This document shows, in pieces, positions 1 through 9,900 of a stretch of DNA of 64,000 nucleotides. Where the stretch lies: positions 1 to 64,000 of the IMG/VR virus record IMGVR_UViG_642918914_000001; one strand, written 5' to 3'. The notes under the pieces are model-generated. The model had not been told where the DNA came from. It saw nothing but the letters and a program-made list of their open reading frames with translations, and made no database searches. A program made the translations under genes and the position numbers. Every line of letters begins with the position of its first letter. Position 1 is the stretch's first letter. The DNA is from a virus (lineage: Duplodnaviria > Caudoviricetes).

Positions 1-187
1 TCCATCTGCCATGCAGATGGACCCCTCCTTGTACCTTGTGGACTTGGGTATCCATCTGCAGGGCGGCTGGGAATGGCTCCAGCCGTCCGGTTCATGACTA
101 CCTGACCCACCATGAAAAAATCCACAGCGTGTTGTTGACTCCCCGTTCGACCGGGCTCAGGCGCGGAACGGGCTTGCCGGTAAGAAC

Positions 188-1097
188 ATGTCCCAGATGA
201 ACAAGCTGATCCCTCAGCTTCAACTGGCTGGCAAGCGTGGCCCGACTGAAGAGCAAGTCGCACATCGTGCAGAACAACGACTGGGTCGGCGCTCCGCGAT
301 CTGGCTATCGCTCTTGACGAGGCGCTGATCCCGCTGGCTCGTCTGCCGGAGGTTGCCTCACGAGCGACAACTCAAGCGCCTGAACAGCGCGATCAAGAAG
401 GTGAAAGTGGCAGTGGCCAATGGCTACCCGCAAGGCACTAAGCGTCATGTCGTGGCGTGCCTCAACGAGTTGACCACCATTCGTGAAGGCGTCTACCTGA
501 AAGAAGCGTCGAAGGAAGACGTGGTGCTGGATGTGGCCGTGCGCTCGGTCGCTGCTCTTCAGCAGATGGTCCAGAAGGCTGAAACGCCCAAGACCGAAGT
601 GGTGTCCACGGACAGCGACACGCGAGCAGATGTACGCGGACATGGTCCAGGTCCTCGGCCAGATGAAGGACAATTATCAGGGTACCGCACTGCATGCCCT
701 GAAAGAGCAGCACGTCGTGGTGACTCGCGCTCCCATCATCCCGATCGCTCCCGGACTGGAGGCCGTCAAGCTCAAGGCGCAGGGCTTCAACGTGCAGGAC
801 ATGGGCGGGTACCCTGTGATCCACGATCAGTTGGTACTGGGCGTCAGTCGCAAGGCAGTGGAGGCTACGAACGGCGGCAAAGCTCCTAAGCCCGACTCCT
901 TCTTCAAGATGGCTGCGAGCCTCAAGCGTCAGTTGGAAAAGCGCATGAAGCAGAAGCTGGTGTTCGTCGATGAGAAGTCGCACGGTGCTCACGGCGGTTC
1001 GTGGTTCTGGTTGATGAAGGAGCGCGATGCCGATCAGTTGGCGCGTGCGTTCCCCAGCAAGCAGATCAAAATCCAACGATTCGGGTTTGCCTTCTAA
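188..1097 (+). CDS. Hypothetical phage protein, apparently broken by several frameshifts
   Basis: Protein-like reading with typical codon usage jumps between frames (ORF 353-889 to ...DSDT, then ORF 531-1097 from REQMYADM...). True start uncertain. Confidence 0.45.
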
Positions 1098-1317
1098 TCA
1101 TGGTCGCTCACACGTTGATGGTCTCGGGCGTCGTGGTTGCTCTCATCGGTTTGATCGGCGGGAGCAGTGCCACGCCCAACACATGGGACTGCGATAGCCG
1201 CGGTCGCCGGCACACAGCCACTGGACTCCTGCGGAGGAATCGTGGTCCGCTGTCACATTCGTAGGCTTGGCCCCTGTTCATTGTCGGGGTCCTGGTCTGG
1301 GCGTTCCGGAGGTTGAC

Positions 1318-1491
1318 ATGAATCCGCATCTCATGCTTGTCTTGCAAGCACTGGTTTCGTCATGTGTTGGGCTGACGTTTGCGTTGGTCATGGCCATCGT
1401 TCATGACCGCGGAAAGCTGGATGTCGGTACGTGCCTGATCCTGACCGTCTTTGTGTCCGTAGTATCCACCGCCGCCCTGTTCTCGCTATGA
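1318..1491 (+). CDS. Small two-helix membrane protein
   Basis: GGAGG before ATG 1318; two hydrophobic segments. Confidence 0.6.
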   Translation: MNPHLMLVLQALVSSCVGLTFALVMAIVHDRGKLDVGTCLILTVFVSVVSTAALFSL

Positions 1492-1670
1492 CCCTTCTCC
1501 TTCACAATCCCACACAACGTCCTGTCGGCGATCGGCGCAGTGATCGCAGCCCTTCTCTGTATCGTGGTCCACATCACGATTCGGCATCTTGCTGATGCCC
1601 CTACCGAGCCTCGAGCTGTTGCCGTCATCAACATCTGTGTCACCATCCTCGCAATCTGGGTCATCTACCT

Positions 1671-2165
1671 ATGCTAGTCAATCAACTGATCGTCCTTCCT
1701 ACGCAGGACACCCTCGCGTACCTGAATCGCGTGTTCGACGGATGCTCTTTCGACATCGACTGGTCGCAGTCGTTCGTCGAGGTGAACAGCAGCGTTCAGC
1801 CTATGGAAGCGGATCCCACTCGCAAGTACACTGCCGTCGCAGGCACCATGAATGTGTACTACGATTCTGCGACCGGCGACAACAGCCTGCTCCTGCCGCT
1901 AGTCAGCGACGAGCTGGTGGAGCGCTGTGCTGAACTGCGCGTGGATGCACCGTCTGCCTTCTATGGCAATGCGTACTTCCCGTTCCTCGTGGTGAAGCGC
2001 AACTACGCACCGCGCCGCGCACATCGCCGGTACTTCATCACGTCGATAGCCGACGTCCTGTACGCGGATCGCTATCCGCTGACGTTCGACGCTGAACTGG
2101 TGTTGCCGCGCACGTTCGAGACGGTTCCGGACATGGACTACTACGTCACGCGCCAAGTTGGATAG
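1671..2165 (+). CDS. Hypothetical protein
   Basis: 164-aa ORF with typical codon usage in the gene run. Confidence 0.75.
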   Translation: MLVNQLIVLPTQDTLAYLNRVFDGCSFDIDWSQSFVEVNSSVQPMEADPTRKYTAVAGTMNVYYDSATGDNSLLLPLVSDELVERCAELRVDAPSAFYGNAYFPFLVVKRNYAPRRAHRRYFITSIADVLYADRYPLTFDAELVLPRTFETVPDMDYYVTRQVG

Positions 2166-2185
2166 CAGTAAATAGGGAGGTGTGT

Positions 2186-2647
2186 ATGCAGATCGCGCAC
2201 ATGATCTTGGACCACTGCTGGGTTTGTGGGACGCGCTTTGTCGATGCGCGTCCTCCCGGTCCTGCGCTGCGTGAAGACCATCACATCATCCCGCGTGCAG
2301 CAGGCGGTGTGGATGGACCGCAGGTGTCGTTGTGTGACACGCATCACACCAAGCTGCACAAGATCGCGTTGCGCTTGAAGAGCGGCAAGCCACACTTCGA
2401 TCTGCTGACTGGCGAAGACATCGAACGTCAGAAGAAGCTGTTGTGGCTGGCAATACGCGTCCATGAAGCGTTCAACCTGACGAAAGACGATCCGAACAAG
2501 AAGGCGCTGGCCATCTTGACTTTGGATCGTCGCCGTCAACAACAGATAGAGCAGTTGAAGCTCATCTATCCAAAGGCCAAGTCTAGAGAAGCGATTCTGG
2601 ACCTGGCCTTGCAGTCGTTGTACAACCGGCATTTCCAATCTGACTAA
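2186..2647 (+). CDS. HNH endonuclease
   Basis: CWVC...EDHHIIPRAAGG...VSLCDTHHTKLH HNH signature; GGAGG RBS. Confidence 0.85.
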   Translation: MQIAHMILDHCWVCGTRFVDARPPGPALREDHHIIPRAAGGVDGPQVSLCDTHHTKLHKIALRLKSGKPHFDLLTGEDIERQKKLLWLAIRVHEAFNLTKDDPNKKALAILTLDRRRQQQIEQLKLIYPKAKSREAILDLALQSLYNRHFQSD

Positions 2648-2660
2648 TAAAGGAACAACA

Positions 2661-2993
2661 ATGGCAGAAATCAACTTGGGCGATCTGTACGCGGTGCACC
2701 TCACCAGTGGACAGGTTGTTCTCACTCGCATTACCGCAATCAACGAACAGCAGGGCACTCTGACCATGGGCAAGCCCATGGAGTTCTTCATCCAACCCGG
2801 TCCCAATGGCCGCGCCGCAGTCAGCTTCATCCCCTTCCTTTCGCACGGCATCTTCCCCGTGCTCGACACGTTGGACTACCCTTCGGACCATGTGTTGTTG
2901 GTGCGCGCCGCGCCGCAACAACTGGAAAACGGCTACATCGAAGCAACGGGCGGCGTTGCCGTTGCCCGCTCATCCCTCGTGCTGCCCCACTAA
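2661..2993 (+). CDS. Conserved myovirus protein (possible Sm-like fold)
   Basis: AAGGA RBS; pattern LTMGKPM...FIPFL...HVLLV...YIEATGG...LVLP recalls a small conserved T4-like phage family (by eye only). Confidence 0.6.
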   Translation: MAEINLGDLYAVHLTSGQVVLTRITAINEQQGTLTMGKPMEFFIQPGPNGRAAVSFIPFLSHGIFPVLDTLDYPSDHVLLVRAAPQQLENGYIEATGGVAVARSSLVLPH

Positions 2994-3000
2994 GGGCAGC

Positions 3001-3040
3001 GCCCGCCAAGCCTTACCCAGCAAGGGCTGGCGGGGCTTTA
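3001..3040 (+). terminator. Stem-loop, possible intrinsic terminator
   Basis: GCCCGCCA...TGGCGGGGC imperfect inverted repeat followed by TTTA, right after the stop at 2993. Confidence 0.45.
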
Positions 3041-3065
3041 CTTGCTCCAGCAGCTTTGCTATACT
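3037..3065 (+). promoter_or_regulatory. Sigma70-type promoter
   Basis: TTTACT-17 nt-TATACT with TG extension. Confidence 0.6.
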
Positions 3066-3236
3066 GGATGCCAGTCGCGTACCACTGCTCCACCGAAAAG
3101 GAGGCCCATATCCAACGTTGGCCCGTTGGATCATCTAGCTGTACTGAACACCCAGAAGTAATGGGGGACCGCGGATCGAAGTCGCGCATGAGGGTGCGCG
3201 AACGGTTCGTAACCAAAAAAGCACAAGCAAAAACAA

Positions 3237-3923
3237 ATGCTTAAGAAAGATATTCTTGGAAACGCCAGCGCGAAGTCACTAACCGAAGCCTTCCGCTGCG
3301 GCGAATGTCTGCATTTCAACAAGCATCCGCATTCAACGCGGGACACCGTCTGCAAAGACGAAGGGGTAAAGGCAATCGGCATTGCGCCAAAGTGCTTCAC
3401 GCCTGACATCACCAAAATCACCGGAAACACTGACCAGTTCGTTCAACTCGTTTCGCTGTTCCAGTCGTACACCCATCAAGAACGTCGGATCTTCCTCGGC
3501 CTGCTCCGTGCAAGCAAGAAGAAGGGCCATCCGATCGGCACTCCTCTCTACTTCCGTATCGGCAACGATTTCGTATCCAACTACCTCTGCGGGTTTGTCG
3601 CAGGCTACAGCTCCACAGGTGATCTCATGCTGATGGGATCGCCGGACCAGAAGGGGCGTGGCCGCACGTTCGTCTCGTTCTTGGAGCGCGACGCGCAAGA
3701 TCTGCTGACTGCAAGCCAGTGGCGCGCCAAGCGTCAAGAGCTGGTGGCAGAACACAAGCTGGTGGACCCCGCGAACCGCGTGGTGAAGCGCCAGTCGGTG
3801 GTGGATACGTACGAGCCCCCCTCCATCGACACCGTTCCCCAGTCGTGGCTTGACAAGCGCGATGAATCGGGAACCAAGCGCGGTACCAAGCGCAAGGACA
3901 CCTATGAGTTCCAAGTGAGCTGA
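3237..3923 (+). CDS. Hypothetical protein with N-terminal Cys motif
   Basis: 228-aa ORF, CGECLHF...C...C. Confidence 0.75.
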   Translation: MLKKDILGNASAKSLTEAFRCGECLHFNKHPHSTRDTVCKDEGVKAIGIAPKCFTPDITKITGNTDQFVQLVSLFQSYTHQERRIFLGLLRASKKKGHPIGTPLYFRIGNDFVSNYLCGFVAGYSSTGDLMLMGSPDQKGRGRTFVSFLERDAQDLLTASQWRAKRQELVAEHKLVDPANRVVKRQSVVDTYEPPSIDTVPQSWLDKRDESGTKRGTKRKDTYEFQVS

Positions 3924-3934
3924 TAGGTGCGTCC

Positions 3935-4882
3935 ATGCTCAAATCAATCCTCAAGTTGGAAGGAGCGGCGTTTCGCCGCGTCGCTCCTGCGCTCTTCGCG
4001 TATCTATTTCGGCGTATTGACCAGAAGCAGTTCGTCGCCTATGTAGACGATCGGCAGTTGAGTGGACAAGTGTTGGACGCTGTTCGCAGCGACGGCTACG
4101 TGCTCAAGAACTGCAAGCTCTACGCATGGGCATTCCACAAGTGGAGGAACGGGGAAGGTGCCCGTCCTCACTACAGGCAGTATGAAGTGGCGGCGGAAGA
4201 CGCCGCCCTTCTGCGGCGACTGAATCTCAGTCACCTTGATCTGAAGTTCGAGAGCTTCACGTTGCAGGAATTTGATTCGGTGGTAGAGGACACGCTGACC
4301 AACACGCATATGCAGCAGCATGTTGGAAAGCTCATCAGTCGCAAGATGAAGTTCCTGATCCAGAGCTACGATACGCCGCGCCACGAGCTGGAAGGCACTT
4401 TGAAGGCGGCGGCGGTTCGTGCCCTGTACATGCAGTATCCGCGCTTCGTCAGTCGGTTGCATCTGACCAACACGGCGAAGACTACGATCCACAACACGGC
4501 GATGACATTGATCGACTACCACACGAATCCCACCCGCAATCGTCTTCAGACGACGGCAGGTGGACACTTCGAGTCGCGCCACGTTCCGCTTGACAGTTTG
4601 CAGGCGGAGACCGCAGGTCCGCAGTACCTGGAACACATCCGCGATCAGCTTCAGTCGCTGGTGTCGCTCCAGGATCGTATGAAGCCGCGCTTGCAGAAGT
4701 TCTTGCTGGCCGCAGCCGGGCACCACGATCCCGATTTCAGCGCGTGGCTCAACGCTGACAACAGTGATCTGGCATCCGACATGCGCTACGAGCAGTACAT
4801 GAAGAAGGCATGCACCTTCTTTGGCTACTCGGAAGATCAGGTGAAGAACATCTTCTCGCGCATCCGAGCGCATCTGTCGTAG
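3935..4882 (+). CDS. Putative divergent RNA polymerase sigma-like factor
   Basis: C-terminal ACTFFGYSEDQVKNIFSRIRAHL resembles the sigma70 region 4.2 HTH; central RHELEGTL...AVRAL...YPRF...TAKTTIHN has region-2-like spacing. CDS is solid, function is inferred. Confidence 0.45.
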   Translation: MLKSILKLEGAAFRRVAPALFAYLFRRIDQKQFVAYVDDRQLSGQVLDAVRSDGYVLKNCKLYAWAFHKWRNGEGARPHYRQYEVAAEDAALLRRLNLSHLDLKFESFTLQEFDSVVEDTLTNTHMQQHVGKLISRKMKFLIQSYDTPRHELEGTLKAAAVRALYMQYPRFVSRLHLTNTAKTTIHNTAMTLIDYHTNPTRNRLQTTAGGHFESRHVPLDSLQAETAGPQYLEHIRDQLQSLVSLQDRMKPRLQKFLLAAAGHHDPDFSAWLNADNSDLASDMRYEQYMKKACTFFGYSEDQVKNIFSRIRAHLS

Positions 4883-4890
4883 GAGGGAGT

Positions 4891-5175
4891 ATGGCCACTG
4901 ATGACTTGCAGACGCGGCAGGCCGCGTTCGCGAAGACCTTCAACCTGTCGCTTGACGACTACCTGTTCATCGTCAGCAACAACTCGCTGGAAACGATCAC
5001 CACGCTGTTGGAACTGCTCCGGCCCCAGACGTTCCGTTCGCCGATTCGTGAGAACGCAGCAGCCAAGCTGCGTCGGTGGCTGGACAACAAGCTGGTAAGC
5101 ACGCCGCCCCTGACCCGTGCTGAGTTGGAGTCGCTGACTCCTTCTTGGCCCATCACATGGAAGCTACCCACATGA
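4891..5175 (+). CDS. Hypothetical protein
   Basis: AGGAGG RBS, ATG 4891. Confidence 0.65.
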   Translation: MATDDLQTRQAAFAKTFNLSLDDYLFIVSNNSLETITTLLELLRPQTFRSPIRENAAAKLRRWLDNKLVSTPPLTRAELESLTPSWPITWKLPT

Positions 5176-5399
5176 CCATCGTCATCGTCAAGGGCAAGGG
5201 GCGCGCCACTGCGCACGCCTCGAAACCTGCACCCATCACCATGGACTTCACCAAGGTGAAGAACCACCCGATCCAGAGCTTCGCTGTGGACCACGCGGTG
5301 GCGAACGGGTTGCTGCCGACCGAAGAGCAGACTGTGACTTGTCTGCAATGCGGCGCACAGGCTCCGGCCTCCAACCCGATCCCGCCCTGCGGCCACTAA
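5172..5399 (+). CDS. Small protein with CxxC motif
   Basis: ATGA overlap with the upstream stop; CLQC...PCGH. Confidence 0.6.
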   Translation: MTIVIVKGKGRATAHASKPAPITMDFTKVKNHPIQSFAVDHAVANGLLPTEEQTVTCLQCGAQAPASNPIPPCGH

Positions 5400-5513
5400 C
5401 TACAAGGAGTGTGCTGTGAAAGGTCTGTACGTCGTAACTTATTTCGCCGTAGCTGCATTCGTCGCATACTCCGCTTGTCTCTCCATCGCAATTCTGTCAA
5501 CGCTATAGCCATC

Positions 5514-5837
5514 ATGACGCAACAAACACTCGACCCCACATCCATCCTCTCGATGAGCAGCGCCGATTCGCTGGAATATCGGCGCGAGCCGAAGTCGTTC
5601 CGCGATGATCCGCCGACCCGTGAGGAAGCGGAAGCTGGCATCGTGGACTACAGCACGAGCGGCCTGTACATCAGCAAGGCCATGCGCGAGCTGGACGAAG
5701 CGATCCCCGGCGGGCAGGCGCAGCGTGCCGCAGCCGCCTTCCATCTGCTGGAAGCAGCGGTTCCCATGCTGCGTGCGTATCTCATGGCGCGTGGGGTTTT
5801 GAAGCATCCGGCCGAAACTACGGCTCCCGGCGTCTGA
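5514..5837 (+). CDS. Hypothetical protein
   Basis: ORF with typical codon usage. Confidence 0.6.
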   Translation: MTQQTLDPTSILSMSSADSLEYRREPKSFRDDPPTREEAEAGIVDYSTSGLYISKAMRELDEAIPGGQAQRAAAAFHLLEAAVPMLRAYLMARGVLKHPAETTAPGV

Positions 5838-5838
5838 C

Positions 5839-6210
5839 ATGCTTCGCCACCGGAACGTGAAGGGACCGCTCACGCGGTCAGTAGTACAGCGCAGTGAAGT
5901 ACCCGTCGATGTGCGGACAGTCTTCGTACAACAAGACGGCTTGCAATTCTACGTTTCGGTGGGCCGACTGTATAGCGCCTCGTTTCTAGACTTCGAGGCG
6001 TACACGGTCACCTACCACGGCACCGAAACGTTGGTGTTCACCATCGCACCGCACCAGGATCATTGGACGGTGTTGCTGCCTCACGGTGTGGTGAATCGTC
6101 ATGGCGGCGCCGTACAACGCTTCATGTCGCTGCGTATCCAACAGCCTACGGCGCAAGACGCATTTGTTTCGCTCACGGAGTACGTCCGCAGGACTCGCAT
6201 CCTGTTCTAA
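5839..6210 (+). CDS. Hypothetical protein
   Basis: Tightly coupled to the upstream gene. Confidence 0.6.
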   Translation: MLRHRNVKGPLTRSVVQRSEVPVDVRTVFVQQDGLQFYVSVGRLYSASFLDFEAYTVTYHGTETLVFTIAPHQDHWTVLLPHGVVNRHGGAVQRFMSLRIQQPTAQDAFVSLTEYVRRTRILF

Positions 6211-6236
6211 CACAGTCTCAACCCACAGAGGTTCAC

Positions 6237-6590
6237 ATGACCACAACCAACATCAACGAGAAGTTCTCCGCCCTGTTTCGCGCCGAAGTGAAGCGCGTGC
6301 GCAAGGCGCGCCGCCTGAAGCAGGAAGACGTCGCCCGCATGGGTGGCCTGAGCCGCGAAGCGTATCTGCGCTTCGAGAATGGCACGAGTGACATGCGCAT
6401 CTCGTCCCTGGACGCGGTGCTCAAGGGTTTGGGCGTGGAGATGGAGTTCTATCTTCTGGCTACTGGTGAGGCCCCGGCACCCACGACCAGCGTTGCGATC
6501 GGCAACATGGCTCAGTCTTTGAGCAATGAACCGCCGCACGCCGGACCGGGATCTGGCGAGCGCAGCACGGGGCTCAGCGATGCCGACTAA
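6237..6590 (+). CDS. XRE-family helix-turn-helix regulator
   Basis: VKRVRKARRLKQEDVARMGGLSREAYLRFENG...LDAVLKGLGV is a classic HTH_3 pattern; GAGG RBS. Confidence 0.88.
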   Translation: MTTTNINEKFSALFRAEVKRVRKARRLKQEDVARMGGLSREAYLRFENGTSDMRISSLDAVLKGLGVEMEFYLLATGEAPAPTTSVAIGNMAQSLSNEPPHAGPGSGERSTGLSDAD

Positions 6591-6783
6591 CAACGAGGCG
6601 GAAGCCCTCTGCCATCTGCGTGCGCTGGTCGCCCTCATCGACCACGACTTCAACCTGACGTGCGGCGCATTCCTGTTGGACCTGAGCCCTGAGGCAGTAG
6701 TCGCTCTTGGGCCGCTGGACCGCACCGCGCATGCAGCAGCCACGTTCCTACGTTCGCTGCCAAACCCGGCCCTCAGTCGCTAA
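6580..6783 (+). CDS. Hypothetical protein
   Basis: Overlaps the XRE stop; fills the gap before the promoter. Confidence 0.5.
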   Translation: MPTNNEAEALCHLRALVALIDHDFNLTCGAFLLDLSPEAVVALGPLDRTAHAAATFLRSLPNPALSR

Positions 6784-6790
6784 AAACGCC

Positions 6791-6853
6791 TGTTGTAGAT
6801 TCGCAACACTCCGGCCGCACCCCCTTGCACGCGGCCGGATTTCCAGGCATAAT
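6791..6853 (+). promoter_or_regulatory. Early promoter module: TGTTG-N8-CAACA palindrome plus sigma70 promoter
   Basis: TGTTGTAGATTCGCAACA (6791-6808), TTGCAC (6825)-17 nt-CATAAT (6848). Same module at 16801, 30859 and 43914. Confidence 0.8.
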
Positions 6854-6930
6854 ACTTCACATGGGCAGCACGCAAACGCAGTAACGCAGCAGCCCCCGGT
6901 ACACAACTCCCATCGAAACGGAGCGCCATC

Positions 6931-7341
6931 ATGGCAACCTTTATCACCCAGCTTCGCAAGCAACACCCCGGCCTCAGCATGCAAAAGGCGTTCGGTAACA
7001 ACGTGCGCATTTCACGTGGTAGCAAGGTGGCTCTCGTTTCGGTGTTCAGTAATTCGGTTGAGTTCAGCAGTTACAACGGCCGCTTCGGTGATCAAGAGCT
7101 TAAACATCGTGAGCGCGTTCGTGATCCAGAAGCGCTTCGCACCTTGATCACCGAATTCTTCGGTCCGTCGCCTGCGTCGCAAATCAAGCGCCTCAAAGCA
7201 CGCAACGCCAAGATCAAGGACTTGCTGGTCAAGTATCGCGATTGGAATGCCAGCGGTGGCGGTTACACCGGTCGTATCGATCGCCTGCGCCAGCAACTGC
7301 GCACCAACAAAATTCTGCTGCGTGGCCTTCGCGCCAAGTAA
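6931..7341 (+). CDS. Hypothetical basic early protein
   Basis: First gene after the promoter; CTCCCATCGAAACGGAG leader. Confidence 0.75.
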   Translation: MATFITQLRKQHPGLSMQKAFGNNVRISRGSKVALVSVFSNSVEFSSYNGRFGDQELKHRERVRDPEALRTLITEFFGPSPASQIKRLKARNAKIKDLLVKYRDWNASGGGYTGRIDRLRQQLRTNKILLRGLRAK

Positions 7342-7387
7342 GCAAAGCAAACAGTCGTCTATCTCTCCCATCGAAAAGGAGCGTTCC

Positions 7388-7800
7388 ATGTTTATCCCAC
7401 GCGCACAATTCGCAGCTCGCACGTCTGGCCTCTACTTCCAAGGTGCCGATTCGGAAAACGACGAGGTGGTCATCTCGTGCTATCTGCCGGTCCAAGAGGT
7501 TGCAAAGCAATTCGGTCTGGAAGCGCTGGACAACGTCATCGACTACGGGTTCTGCCGGTTGCGTGTCAACGAGCTGTCGTTCGTCGAGTTCGCTACCAGT
7601 CTGCGCAGTCTGCGCCGCACCATTCGCAGCCTGCGTGCGTGGCTCAAGTCCGTGGAATCCACGGCCGAAGAGAACCAGAAGGAATCGCTGTTCAAGGTTG
7701 AGCTGTCGGGCATTCGCAGTCTGCGCCGTCAGCAAAAGTTCGAGCAAAAGGCAGTGCTCGCCGGTCTGCGGCGCACCGCGCTGGGCTTGGGTTTCTGTAA
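7388..7800 (+). CDS. Hypothetical early protein (3' end uncertain)
   Basis: AAGGAG RBS and ATG 7388. The ORF track fuses it to the next gene; it probably ends near TAA 7798 if an indel is present. Confidence 0.55.
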
Positions 7801-7858
7801 TTCTAGCTTCACTGATCCGTGCATCGCCGTCATCTTTCCCATCGAAAAGGAAACCGTC

Positions 7859-8389
7859 ATGAAAACCGCTATCGTTCTGTCCACCGTCGTGGCATCCATC
7901 GCCCTGTATGCAAACACTGGCCACGCGCTGAGCCCAGCCGTTGATCCCGAACCCGCGATCAGCTACTCGCTTCTGGTCTACGGTGCGTCCGCGCACATGG
8001 ACAAGGTCGGCCACATCGACAATCGCACGTTCCGCCCCACGGGCAATCGCAAGCTGAACGCCGTGAACCCGGGTTCTGGGTTTGGAAAGCGGAGCGCGAT
8101 GGCTGGCTGGTCGGTGCCGGTACGTACGAGGACTCGTTCTACAAACAGGGGTTACATGGCATACGGTGGCTATCGCTTCAAGTTCGGCGACGAGAAGGGC
8201 TGGAACGCCAACGTCGCGCTCAAGGCTGGCTACCTGCACGGTTCCAATCGCCATGGTCTGATGGCGCTGCCCACGGTCGGCGTCGGCTACAAGAACGTGA
8301 GCCTGGAGTTCAGCGCGTTCCCGTACCACACCGACGACAAGGGTGGCAAGGGCATCGTGGTGGCAACGTGGCTGCGCTACCAGTTCTAA
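7859..8389 (+). CDS. Outer-membrane beta-barrel protein, PagP-like
   Basis: Signal peptide MKTAIVLSTVVASIALYANTGHA, NAVNPG motif, alternating beta strands, C-terminal LRYQF beta-signal; own RBS. Confidence 0.6.
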   Translation: MKTAIVLSTVVASIALYANTGHALSPAVDPEPAISYSLLVYGASAHMDKVGHIDNRTFRPTGNRKLNAVNPGSGFGKRSAMAGWSVPVRTRTRSTNRGYMAYGGYRFKFGDEKGWNANVALKAGYLHGSNRHGLMALPTVGVGYKNVSLEFSAFPYHTDDKGGKGIVVATWLRYQF

Positions 8390-8693
8390 GGTGCAGTACG
8401 TTGTCGTAGTTCAGCACACCGAACTAACGAGAACAGTCTACGGTCCATACTCCAGCTTCAAGCGCGCAGAAGGCGATGCTAAGGCTTGGAGTGGGACCGT
8501 AGAACCGTTAGTCAAACCGAGTAGTGGAGAGCAGAATGCGCAAGACGCAGTATCCTGACATCCCGTATCATTCCGCGGGGTACCTTGTGATGATAGGCGA
8601 TGACGAACTCTACTGGGGTTACAGTCATCATGTGGCCAGACTCGTAGCGCATGTGATGCGCGCAATCGTCTGGTGACCCTCGATGGAGGCGTA

Positions 8694-9197
8694 ATGACAC
8701 TCAATCAACAGCTGAAGAAGCTCATTGACCAGCACGGCGCCGCGAATGTTGCTTTGGCGTTCGACGCCCTGAAACCTGCCGTACTCACGCACACTCTCTC
8801 GCGGGACGCGTACAAGATCGGCAAGTTCAGCCGCAAGGCGTTGCGTGGCTCCGCGCGTGGTGAAGAAGATGTGCGGTTTTTGTTCGTCAAGCGTACGAAT
8901 ATCATTGGAACGCTCAGTCGTTCAATGGTCGTCATCCCATCTAACGCGGAGTGGGTCTCTGAAGTGAATTACTCTCTCGGAGACAACCCTGAAGTGTTCG
9001 CCCTTGGCGTAGGGCACGTGTGGATCAGCTACCCTGACTCGCATGTCGTGTTCACAGACGAGTCGTTGCCAACTCTCTACATGCGCGACACAGAAGAGGA
9101 GCTCAACCAGTTGAACAAGACATACACTCCCAAACAATGGGTCAAGTTGATTGAGACCTACGGGTTAAACGAACGCCCGAAAGGCTTCTTCATCTAA
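8694..9197 (+). CDS. Hypothetical protein
   Basis: GGAGG RBS, ATG 8694. Confidence 0.7.
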   Translation: MTLNQQLKKLIDQHGAANVALAFDALKPAVLTHTLSRDAYKIGKFSRKALRGSARGEEDVRFLFVKRTNIIGTLSRSMVVIPSNAEWVSEVNYSLGDNPEVFALGVGHVWISYPDSHVVFTDESLPTLYMRDTEEELNQLNKTYTPKQWVKLIETYGLNERPKGFFI

Positions 9198-9212
9198 GTT
9201 CAAGGAACCATC

Positions 9213-9410
9213 ATGAAGCTTCGCAAGCGTCGTACCGCCTACCATGGCCGCTTCTTCGTGCTGCCGTGGGTGCAGCAACCGATGTATCAGTTCTTCATCC
9301 ATCCAGGCTTCTGGCCGAAACGCTTCAAGCACCGTCAGGTGGACAGCAAGCGTCGCTATCCACGGGCGCGCAACGTTCCCTCCATTTTCGCGGACCCTCA
9401 AGATGCCTGA
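9213..9410 (+). CDS. Small basic hypothetical protein
   Basis: AAGGA RBS. Confidence 0.55.
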   Translation: MKLRKRRTAYHGRFFVLPWVQQPMYQFFIHPGFWPKRFKHRQVDSKRRYPRARNVPSIFADPQDA

Positions 9411-9741
9411 AATCTCCCGATACGGCGGTCCCCGCATCACACGCCAGCAAGCGCAAGAGCGCTGTGACCGCGTCGGTACCATAGTTTCATATCGCAGTCG
9501 CCGCACCAACGAGTTCTTCTTCGCCGCGCAGCATCTGTATTCGCACCACGAGCATGCTGCGGAATACGGATTCGTCCCATGCACCACATGCATTCCCCTG
9601 CGCGTAGCACCCCGTCCGGGGCTTGAGGATGGCTACGTCCACAACGTGGAACAGTACATCGCACTCTTCCACCCGGACGCTGTAGAGATCGATCCGGCAG
9701 AGAAGTACGGATGGGGTGCCGAATCTAAGGAGGCCACATGA
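9403..9741 (+). CDS. Hypothetical protein
   Basis: Overlapping gene run. Confidence 0.6.
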   Translation: MPEISRYGGPRITRQQAQERCDRVGTIVSYRSRRTNEFFFAAQHLYSHHEHAAEYGFVPCTTCIPLRVAPRPGLEDGYVHNVEQYIALFHPDAVEIDPAEKYGWGAESKEAT

Positions 9742-9900
9742 AGCGAATCCTCTGCCTGTTCACAGGCCATCGCTGGGGTGGCTGGCGCAACATCACCCAC
9801 AAGACGCTGGTGCCGGGGCTCCATTCCACCGTGGTCCTTCGCTCGCGCTGCTGCGAACGTTGTGGCCGACTACAAACCGACCTCGTTTCGTACAAGGATC

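Noticed and set aside
1-90. Inverted repeats at the window start (TGCAGATGGA...TCCATCTGCA; GGCGGCTGG...CCAGCCGTC)
   Set aside because: They are cut by the window edge and lie in an error-prone patch, so no function can be assigned.
2186-2647. HNH nuclease as the effector of the Tas system
   Set aside because: It is 11 kb away with no linkage evidence, and free HNH genes are common in phages.
7247-8389. Single 380-aa fused ORF
   Set aside because: Internal leader motifs with RBS and ATG at 7388 and 7859, and a signal peptide at 7859, indicate two genes.
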